Of a DNA stretch of 64,000 bases, positions 56,604 to 64,000 are shown in pieces. The DNA is from Candidatus Poribacteria bacterium (lineage in GTDB: Bacteria; Poribacteria; WGA-4E; GCA-2687025), in assembly GCA_963665845.2 (NCBI GenBank), contig OY762492.1:1312001-1376000 (forward strand), read 5' to 3'. The translations under genes and the position numbers were made by a program. Position 1 is the stretch's first letter. Each line of letters begins with the position of its first letter. The notes beneath the pieces are model-generated. The model was not told the origin of the DNA. It made no database searches and worked only from the letters and a program-made list of their open reading frames with translations.

Positions 56604-58034
56604 ATGAGCGGCGAACGCCCCAACATCATCTTCATCATCACTGACCAGCAGCGATACGACACGATCAACGCGCTCGGCTATCCGTATATGGACACGCCAA
56701 ATATGGACAGGCTCGTCCATGAGGGCGTCTCCTTCTCCGACTGCCATGTTGCCGCCCCGTCATGCGCTCCGTCGCGCGCGTCGCTCTTCACGGGACTCTA
56801 TCCGCACACGACCGGCATTCTCAAAAACGCGGACCGATGGCGCTCCTCATGGATCGAATCGCTTGCGGACAGCGGCTATCGATGCGTCAACATCGGCAAA
56901 ATGCACACCTACCCTTACGACGCGCCGCTCGGTTTCCATGAGCGGTATGTCGTCGAGAACAAAGACCGGTATCTTGAGGAGCGCTGGTATTTTGACGAAT
57001 GGGACAAGGGGCTGCGGGCGCGCGGGCTTGTGAAGCAGCAGCGGGAGCAATACCGCCAACGCGCCGACTACAACGAACGGCTCGGCGCCTTTGAGTGGGA
57101 GCTGCCCGAAGAGACGCATTCCGATATGTTTGTCGGCGGCATGGCGGAATGGTGGATACGGACGAAGCCGAAGCAGGAGCCGCTGTTTCTGCAGATCGGC
57201 TTCCCAGGGCCGCACCCGCCTTACGACCCGTCGCCGAAATACGCCGAGCCGTATATGTCCAAACAGCTGCCGCTCATGGAGATAATGCAGGAGGAGCTGG
57301 ACAGCCAGCCGCCGCCGTTTCAGGCGATGCGCGTCCACAACTGCGAGGTGGATCATGACTCGGTCGTTCACCAAATGAACCCGTCCGAAGAAGCGCGGCA
57401 TATGCAGCGGGCGTACTATCTCGCCAATGTGACGATGATCGATGAAAAGGTCGGCGCCATTATGAACGCGCTGGAAGAGGGCGGCTATCTGGAGAACGCG
57501 GTTGTGGTCTTCACCTCCGACCACGGGGACTGCCTGACCGATCATGGACATAGCCAGAAATGGACGATGTACGATCTCATCACGCGCGTTCCGCTGCTCG
57601 TTTGGGGGAAGGGGCGATTTGAAGGCGGACGGGAGATCGACGGCTTATGTCAACAGATGGACATCGGACCGGCGCTGCTGGAGCTGGCGGGCGTTACACC
57701 GCCTGAACATATGGAGGCGGAGTCGCTGCTGCCCGCTCTGCAAGGAGATGATTGGCGTCCGCGCGAGATCGTCTATGCAGAACACGGGCGGGACGGAATC
57801 CTACAAGAAACCGAGTTCATGACGATGGCGCGGACAGACGAATGGAAGCTCGTACATTTTTTGGATGAACCGTTTGGGCAGCTGTTCAACCTGAAAAATG
57901 ACCCCGACGAGACGCGCAACCTGTGGGACGACCCGAACAGCCAAGACGCAAAACGGGAGCTGCTGGACGCGCTCTTGCATTGGCGGATGCGCAGCGGTTA
58001 TCAGACGCGCCGATTGTTTGAGGACGCGCGATGA
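56604..58034 (+). CDS. Sulfatase family protein (Cys-type)
   Basis: RPNIIFIITDQQR, CAPSRASLFTG, GKMH, PHPPY, SDHGD. Confidence 0.95.
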   Translation: MSGERPNIIFIITDQQRYDTINALGYPYMDTPNMDRLVHEGVSFSDCHVAAPSCAPSRASLFTGLYPHTTGILKNADRWRSSWIESLADSGYRCVNIGKMHTYPYDAPLGFHERYVVENKDRYLEERWYFDEWDKGLRARGLVKQQREQYRQRADYNERLGAFEWELPEETHSDMFVGGMAEWWIRTKPKQEPLFLQIGFPGPHPPYDPSPKYAEPYMSKQLPLMEIMQEELDSQPPPFQAMRVHNCEVDHDSVVHQMNPSEEARHMQRAYYLANVTMIDEKVGAIMNALEEGGYLENAVVVFTSDHGDCLTDHGHSQKWTMYDLITRVPLLVWGKGRFEGGREIDGLCQQMDIGPALLELAGVTPPEHMEAESLLPALQGDDWRPREIVYAEHGRDGILQETEFMTMARTDEWKLVHFLDEPFGQLFNLKNDPDETRNLWDDPNSQDAKRELLDALLHWRMRSGYQTRRLFEDAR

Positions 58035-58062
58035 CCAGCGAAAAAAACGCCGCCACACTCGC

Positions 58063-58174
58063 TGTCATTCCCGCGCCCTTTTTCCGTCATTCCCGCGCAA
58101 GCGGGAATCTAGAGGCGCCGAAGACGACATCCGCGTTCCCATGCCGTCATGTCCCAACTAAAGACGCAAGGTTG
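58063..58174. repeat. Partial MITE-like element
   Basis: Core at 58089-58108; ends TGTCCCAACTAAAGACGCAAGGT. Confidence 0.75.
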
Positions 58175-58239
58175 GATGGCAGTAGTTGATGATTACGTTC
58201 GTTTTGATTACCATAGGAACGCAAATTGAGGAGAGGCGT

Positions 58240-59337
58240 ATGAAAAGTTCAATTGCGCGCGCGGCGACATTCATTCTGATTATGGCGGCGTCTTTGTGGT
58301 TCGCGGGATGCGGAGGATCATCCGACGAGAAGCCGTCGACAGAAAATCAGGTTTCCGATTCCGAGAACGAAAAGATCGCTGACAGCGCCGACAGTTTTTA
58401 TCCGCCCGGCGGCCCGATTGAGGTGGAGAAGGACGATCCCATGGGCGACTTTACGGCGACCGACATTAACGGCAACCGCGTCGCGCTCTCCGATTACAAG
58501 GGCAAGGTCGTGCTGCTTGATTTTTGGGCGTCATGGTGTTCGCCCTGTGAACGAGAGATTCCGAACATGAAGAAGGTGTATGATAAATACCGCGACAAAG
58601 GCTTTGAGATCATCGGCGTCAGCCTAGACCATGATCAGGAAAGTCTGAACGAATTTCTTCGAGCCAACGATGTCGACTGGGTGCAGATTTTCACGGGCCA
58701 TGGCTGGGAAACGCCGATTGCTGTCCACTATTCCGTCAAGGCGATTCCGGAGCCATGGCTGATTGGAAAAGACGGTCGGCTGATTACGAAGGAGGCTCGC
58801 GGGGAATATCTTGAGTCGCTTGTGAAACAGGCGTTGAAGGAGGATGAGGCATTACGTCTTGCGACTGAAAAAGAGGCTCAACGTCAGGCCTTCGAAAAAG
58901 AGACGGAGCCCCAGAGCATCCAGTTTGAGAATGCGCTTGCCGCATATGGTAGAGCTGGAAAAGATGCGGAGACAAATGCTTCCTCACTACAAGTAAGATT
59001 GGGCAGACTGGAACGCATCGCCTCGATAGAAGTTGGGCGATACATTGCCGGTCAAACTTACGATGTTGGTAAAATCAGAAGCGGACTGCGCGCGCTCACC
59101 GCTGACCGAACCAAACTCGCAAGCAGCCTCAGCAATGCTGATAAAGAATTCGATAAATTAGACAATGTCCTCGATACTATAAAAATCATCAACCAGAAAA
59201 TTGCATTGGCCCGACAAAACTGGTCTGAACTGCAACAAAAACACTGGAAAAACATGTCGGAAGGACGAAAACTCATAGCCCTCGCCGATGATGAAATTAA
59301 CGCCGCATACGAAATCATAAAAATACTCGAGGAGTAA
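58240..59337 (+). CDS. TlpA/ResA-like thioredoxin lipoprotein with C-terminal helical extension
   Basis: Lipobox FAGC, DFWASWCSPC, GAGGAG RBS; ~150 aa AT-richer coiled-coil tail. Confidence 0.85.
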   Translation: MKSSIARAATFILIMAASLWFAGCGGSSDEKPSTENQVSDSENEKIADSADSFYPPGGPIEVEKDDPMGDFTATDINGNRVALSDYKGKVVLLDFWASWCSPCEREIPNMKKVYDKYRDKGFEIIGVSLDHDQESLNEFLRANDVDWVQIFTGHGWETPIAVHYSVKAIPEPWLIGKDGRLITKEARGEYLESLVKQALKEDEALRLATEKEAQRQAFEKETEPQSIQFENALAAYGRAGKDAETNASSLQVRLGRLERIASIEVGRYIAGQTYDVGKIRSGLRALTADRTKLASSLSNADKEFDKLDNVLDTIKIINQKIALARQNWSELQQKHWKNMSEGRKLIALADDEINAAYEIIKILEE

Positions 59338-59426
59338 ATCCGAAATCATTTTGCTGGACGGGTCGCTTCTGGCGGCGGCGGCTGAAAGCGGCTCCATACT
59401 GCTCTGGGACGCTGCGAAGACTCTCC

Positions 59427-60317
59427 CTAACGGCGGCGTCGGCGAGACAGATACGCCGACAGCGCCACATCAAACGGCGTCTGCGTGTCCATGAGAACAT
59501 AGTCGATGGCGTGCGCGCCGCACCCAGAGCGGTAGGCGTTGATGAAAGCGTCCGCCGCCTCTCGATACGCCGCGCGCAGGCGCGTACCATGCGCGGGCAG
59601 CTCGTCGCCTGTCTCCAGATCTTTGAAGACAAGCGGCTCGTTGTAAGGCAGCGTCAATTCGGCGTTGTCTAAAATATGAAAGACGACCGCCTCATGCTTC
59701 TGACGGCGCAGCAGCCGAAGCGCCTTCAGGGCGGTCTCCGGCTCATCCAGCAGGTCCGACATCAAGATGATCAACCCGCGGCGGACAAGGCGGCGCGACA
59801 GCTCGCTCAACGAACGGCCGACGCCGGTGTCTGTCCCTGGCTCAATCGACTCTAAGGCGGAAACGATCGCCTTGAGATGCAGCGCGTCGCCGCGGGGAGG
59901 GATGTAGGTTTTGAGCCTGCCGTCAAAAACGGCAAGCCCCGCCGAATCGCGCTGGCGCAGCATTAAATGCGTCAACGAAGCCGCGAGGCAGCAGGCGTAC
60001 TCCAGCTTGCTCATGGCGGCGTCGGCGCCCTGAAAGGTCATGGAGCGGCTCGCGTCCAGAACCAGATACCCGCGAAGGTTCGTATCCTCCTCAAACTTTT
60101 TCACATAGTATCGGTCCGACTTCGCATAGACGCGCCAGTCGATGTTGCGTATATCGTCGCCGGGCATATACTGGCGGTGTTCCGAGAACTCCACATTGAA
60201 GCCTTGATAGGGGCTTCGATGCATTCCCGCCATATGCCCTTCAACGACAAGGCGCGCCGCCAGCTCTAAGTTGCCGAGGCGCGCCAGCGCTTCCGGCTGA
60301 AGATACTCATGCTTCAT
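59427..60317 (-). CDS. DUF58 domain protein
   Basis: G.HRSP..G..VEF.EHR.Y.PGDD.R.IDW, LDAS.SM, SDL. Confidence 0.92.
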   Translation of the reverse strand: MKHEYLQPEALARLGNLELAARLVVEGHMAGMHRSPYQGFNVEFSEHRQYMPGDDIRNIDWRVYAKSDRYYVKKFEEDTNLRGYLVLDASRSMTFQGADAAMSKLEYACCLAASLTHLMLRQRDSAGLAVFDGRLKTYIPPRGDALHLKAIVSALESIEPGTDTGVGRSLSELSRRLVRRGLIILMSDLLDEPETALKALRLLRRQKHEAVVFHILDNAELTLPYNEPLVFKDLETGDELPAHGTRLRAAYREAADAFINAYRSGCGAHAIDYVLMDTQTPFDVALSAYLSRRRRR

Positions 60318-60321
60318 TCCG

Positions 60322-61521
60322 TTACGAATCGTCTCCCTCTGAAACGCGGCGAAGCGGCTGAATGTCGAACGCCTCGTCCAGCGCCTGCGTGTTGACGGAG
60401 CGGGCGTCTTTCGGCTGCTGCGGATGCGCCTTTGTGGTGGAGCCTTCAAAGTTGCTTCGAAGCTGCTGGTTCATCTCGGCGACCGTCGTTCGACCGAGAC
60501 CCACTCCGCCCATCGTTTGCGGAATGCGGGGGGTGTGCTGGAAGCCCGCGGCGATGACCGTGACGCGAACGCGCCCCTCCATCTCCTCGTCCGTTGTGTA
60601 ACCGAGCAGGATATGCTCCGAGTTGGACGCTTGCTCAATGACTCCAACCGACAGGTCCAGCTCAACGATCTCAAAATCGGGGCCGGCGGTCACATTCACC
60701 AGAACATGCGCGGCTCCAGAGATGCTTTGCTGTTCAATGAGCGGGCTGGTGATCGCGTTGCGCGCCGCTTTTTCCGCCCTGTCGTCGCCATGCCCCTCGC
60801 CGATGCCCATCAGCGCGGTGCCGGAGTCTTTCATGGCGGTCTGCACATCAGCGAAGTCTAGGTTCAGGTCGCCCGTCTCCATGACCAGCTCCGAGATGGT
60901 TTTCACGCCAGCCGCCAGGACGCCGTCCGCGGCGCGTTTCGCTTCCGGGACGGTCGGCTTGCCTTCGATCTCCAGCAGCTTTTGATTCGGGACCACGATC
61001 ACCGCGTCCGCCGATTCTTCGAGCGTTTTGATTCCGCTGTCGGCGATACGGGCGCGCATGGGTCCTTCCACTTTGAAGGGGCGCGTCACGACGCCGATGG
61101 TGAGCGCCTCCAATTCGCGCGCCATTTGAGCGATGAGCGGCGCGGCGCCGGTGCCGGTGCCGCCGCCCATGCCGGCGGCGACGAACACCATGTCGGCGTT
61201 GGAGACCACCTCTTCCAAGGCTTCTCGGCTTTCTTCCGCCGCCTTCGCTCCGATTTCTGGATTTGCCCCCGCCCCCAGTCCGCTTGTCAGCTCCGGACCG
61301 ATCGCAAGCCTGCGGGCGCGCTTGTCAACCTTCCGCTTCAGATGGTCTATGTCGGTGTTGACCGCATAAAACGCCACCTCTGAGGAAAGGTCTTCCATCA
61401 TGCGGTTGACAGCGTTGCTTCCTCCCCCGCCGACTCCGATCACCTTTATTTTTGCCCGGTAACCCTCCGAGGTTTCAAACTCCTGATCCTCGTCGTCAAA
61501 TGTCAATCCTGATTCTAACAT
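60322..61521 (-). CDS. ftsZ: Cell division protein FtsZ
   Basis: IKVIGVGGGGSNAV, GMGGGTGTG, NLDFADV. Confidence 0.97.
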   Translation of the reverse strand: MLESGLTFDDEDQEFETSEGYRAKIKVIGVGGGGSNAVNRMMEDLSSEVAFYAVNTDIDHLKRKVDKRARRLAIGPELTSGLGAGANPEIGAKAAEESREALEEVVSNADMVFVAAGMGGGTGTGAAPLIAQMARELEALTIGVVTRPFKVEGPMRARIADSGIKTLEESADAVIVVPNQKLLEIEGKPTVPEAKRAADGVLAAGVKTISELVMETGDLNLDFADVQTAMKDSGTALMGIGEGHGDDRAEKAARNAITSPLIEQQSISGAAHVLVNVTAGPDFEIVELDLSVGVIEQASNSEHILLGYTTDEEMEGRVRVTVIAAGFQHTPRIPQTMGGVGLGRTTVAEMNQQLRSNFEGSTTKAHPQQPKDARSVNTQALDEAFDIQPLRRVSEGDDS

Positions 61522-61620
61522 CGCACATTTCCAATCCTGTTGCGCATACTCTGTTCCACACGCGAATGCCGACGCTTAACTATACCGCAGTTGCCGAAAG
61601 ATGCAACCTCCAGACAGCGC

Positions 61621-62883
61621 TCAATAGTCGTCTTCAGGGTACGGGTCTTGGCGCATGCGGCTGCGCACCCAGTCGAACATACCCCCGAACCAGTTTCTCG
61701 CCCGGTACACCCGCGAGATGCGCCGCTCGCTCGCCCCATGCAGCGAGAGACCGATGGCGGCGGAGTAGGCGGGGCTGACCGCGTTATACGCCATCTGTCC
61801 GCGCTGAATCGGACTCCGCGCCTGAACCGGCACATTCATGACTTCGCTGAACAGGGCGGCGATGCCCTCAATCTGCGCGACGCCGCCGGTCAAGAAAACG
61901 CCCCGGTCAAGCGGACACTGGCACATCGCCAGTTTCGAATTCACATGGCAGATAATCTGCTGCAAGACCGCGCGGACGACTCCGCTCGCCTTCTGGCGCG
62001 GTATCTGAATGGGTCTGCCCGAATCGTCCTTAACCAGCGCTGTCTCATGCGGGTCAGCCACCAGGCTCTCCATCGCGCATACCTGTCCGTTCTGCAAACG
62101 CCGCGCGCCGGTTGTGGAGATGCCGAACTGACGCGCCAGCTCCTGGGCGATGTCTAAACCGCCGGCGTTCACCATACCCGTATAACTCAAGCAGCCTTCA
62201 TGAAACACCGCAATATCGGCGGAGCTTTCCCCGATGTCCACGAGCGCGCAGCCATGCGACATCTCATCCTTTGTCAATACGGCGAGGCCGGACGCGTACG
62301 ATTCAAGCGCCATGCCTTCGACCGAATAACCAGCCCCCTCAACGCACTCCTCCCATGTTTGCGCATGCTGGGTCGACATCGTCACCACATGGGCGCGCGC
62401 GCCTAGATTGCTTCCGTTCATTCCGACAGGGTCTTCAACCCTGTCCATGTCATCGACGCGAAACGACTGCGGGCGGAGAAGCAGCAGTTCGCGCGGCGGC
62501 GTCACCTGAACGCGCGATTGCGCAAGCGCCTGGTTCAAAACGCGCTCATGGTCGGCTTGAGTCACCACCCCCCCGCCGGCTTTCAGCGAGATGACGCCGG
62601 ATACGTTCTGGCTCTGTATGTGGTCGCCTGTGATGCCGACCACCGCCGAATTGACATGAACGCCGGCGATGGAGCTGGCGTTTTCGACCGCTTCCCGGAT
62701 CGATTCGGAGGCGGCTTGGGCGTTGAACGATCCGACGCCGGCTTTGCGAATGCCTTTCGATTCGCTCGCCCCGACGCCTAGAACCTCAATGCCGTCCATA
62801 TCGTCAGGGCCAATTCCGCCGATGACGCACGTTACCTGACTCGCGCCGATGTCAAGACCCACAACTGTTTCATACTTGGTCAT
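61621..62883 (-). CDS. ftsA: Cell division protein FtsA
   Basis: VGLDIGAS, DPVGM.G, LVDIG, LTGG.A, Y..AIGL; lies between ftsQ and ftsZ. Confidence 0.92.
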   Translation of the reverse strand: MTKYETVVGLDIGASQVTCVIGGIGPDDMDGIEVLGVGASESKGIRKAGVGSFNAQAASESIREAVENASSIAGVHVNSAVVGITGDHIQSQNVSGVISLKAGGGVVTQADHERVLNQALAQSRVQVTPPRELLLLRPQSFRVDDMDRVEDPVGMNGSNLGARAHVVTMSTQHAQTWEECVEGAGYSVEGMALESYASGLAVLTKDEMSHGCALVDIGESSADIAVFHEGCLSYTGMVNAGGLDIAQELARQFGISTTGARRLQNGQVCAMESLVADPHETALVKDDSGRPIQIPRQKASGVVRAVLQQIICHVNSKLAMCQCPLDRGVFLTGGVAQIEGIAALFSEVMNVPVQARSPIQRGQMAYNAVSPAYSAAIGLSLHGASERRISRVYRARNWFGGMFDWVRSRMRQDPYPEDDY

Positions 62884-62896
62884 CTCAATTTCCCTG

Positions 62897-63892
62897 TCAT
62901 GGTATTGCGTAAATTGGAATGTCTTCAGAAAAACGCGCGTCAATCTCTTCCACAACCGCCGCTCCGTCCAGGATGTCTCCCGACGAACTCAACGAACTTT
63001 GATATTCTGCCGCCCGATGGGTCTCCATAACCATCCGTATGCTTCTCAAGCTGGTCGAATAGTCCGATTCGACCAGCAGAGCGCGCAGCATGCGCGACCC
63101 GTTTGGCGCGTACGAAACCGCGATGCGCTTCGGATCCCGCGCGTCCACGCTCCGCGCCCTGAAACTGGAATCGTCGTAACCCTCCTCCTGCCGCTTTTCA
63201 TGAATCACCTGATCCATAATGGCGACCTGAAGCCCCAGCCGAAGCGCGTCGTTCAATATCGGGCGCCCGTCCGCGTCCATCTCAACCGAGTCCACCGCCA
63301 GCTCCACAAGCCCCTCTTTAGCGAGACGCTTGAGCGGAACGTCGCGCAGCAGATCCAAACGAAACGGGCGGTCTAACACGACCTGATCGTCGTCCACGCA
63401 GTACACCTTCCCGCCCGTTTGAAACCAGGCGGTCGGCTTGCGTTCATCAAGCGAAATGGAAACAAGGCCGTTCGGCACTTCAACGCGAATAGCGGCGGGT
63501 TCAATATCGGAATAGGAGTTCGTTAAGGCGGCGGCTAAATCGTTTTTGTCCACATCGTCCATGGTCGTTTTGCCGATTTCAAGACCGGCGATTTCGACAA
63601 TCTCGTCTTTGGAAAAACGTTCGGCGCCGTCCACTTCAACTTCTTTCAAAAGGTACAGCTCCGTTCCCCAGACGGCTTTCTTTTGACGTTGGTTCCACTC
63701 CATATAAAACGCGCCCGCAAGCACGAGAGTCAACGCCGCTATAAAGTAAAAACGAGAGACTTTGCGTTTACGTTCCACCCATCCGCGCACCGAAGCCGGC
63801 GCGCGCGCGGTTTGACGCGCTGCCGGGCGCGCGGGGCGCTCTCGCCGGCGCCTTCTGGATCGGCTGGATGATCGACTAAATCGGTTATTCAT
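62897..63892 (-). CDS. ftsQ: FtsQ/DivIB-like POTRA protein
   Basis: Single TM, POTRA (VEVDG......EI...AGL), ERKP.A, C-terminal IDARF; position in the dcw cluster. Confidence 0.7.
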   Translation of the reverse strand: MNNRFSRSSSRSRRRRRERPARPAARQTARAPASVRGWVERKRKVSRFYFIAALTLVLAGAFYMEWNQRQKKAVWGTELYLLKEVEVDGAERFSKDEIVEIAGLEIGKTTMDDVDKNDLAAALTNSYSDIEPAAIRVEVPNGLVSISLDERKPTAWFQTGGKVYCVDDDQVVLDRPFRLDLLRDVPLKRLAKEGLVELAVDSVEMDADGRPILNDALRLGLQVAIMDQVIHEKRQEEGYDDSSFRARSVDARDPKRIAVSYAPNGSRMLRALLVESDYSTSLRSIRMVMETHRAAEYQSSLSSSGDILDGAAVVEEIDARFSEDIPIYAIP

Positions 63893-64000
63893 CTATCGCC
63901 TCCGCGTGTTCGTTCAGCATTTTCATTTCCAATTGAAGCCATACGCCTGTTTCTTCGTGAACCCGACGGCGCACCTCCTCCACGAGACGGCGCACATCGG
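63885..64000 (-). CDS. murB: UDP-N-acetylmuramate dehydrogenase, C-terminal fragment
   Basis: Translates DVRRLVEEVRRRVHEETGVWLQLEMKML...*, typical of the MurB C-terminus; upstream of ftsQ. Confidence 0.7.
   Translation of the reverse strand, partial: DVRRLVEEVRRRVHEETGVWLQLEMKMLNEHAEAIDE

Noticed and set aside
60322-64000. Unusual cell-division cluster
   Set aside because: murB-ftsQ-ftsA-ftsZ is an ordinary dcw arrangement.

Overview
GC-rich bacterial chromosomal window; the PhyH, sulfatase, fucosidase/uronate, TPR and BNR gene content resembles Candidatus Poribacteria (inference only). Most of it is housekeeping and metabolic: selD, Gld-like ABC transporter, K+ channel, rpoZ, gmk, lpoB-like, uxaE, GH29, pfkA, recD2, yacG-yqeK-rsfS, tatAC and murB-ftsQ-ftsA-ftsZ. 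The standout is a ~10.8 kb minus-strand anti-phage-like operon at 3914-14741. It opens with a Zorya type II-like core (zorA-zorB-zorB'-zorE HNH) and continues with two further modules of zorB-zorA-PspA/ESCRT-III-like protein. In total there are three ZorA proteins with different tail lengths and four ZorB proteins, one lacking the ion-conducting Asp motif. The two PspA-like proteins begin with the same MKLPxF peptide as ZorE. Intergenic regions carry a dense family of dRS3-like palindromes and MITE-like elements with CTGACCT...AGGTCAG ends. Also present are a recent tandem duplication of an unknown membrane protein and a possibly decaying phage-like gene. No rRNA, tRNA, CRISPR array or transposase was recognised.
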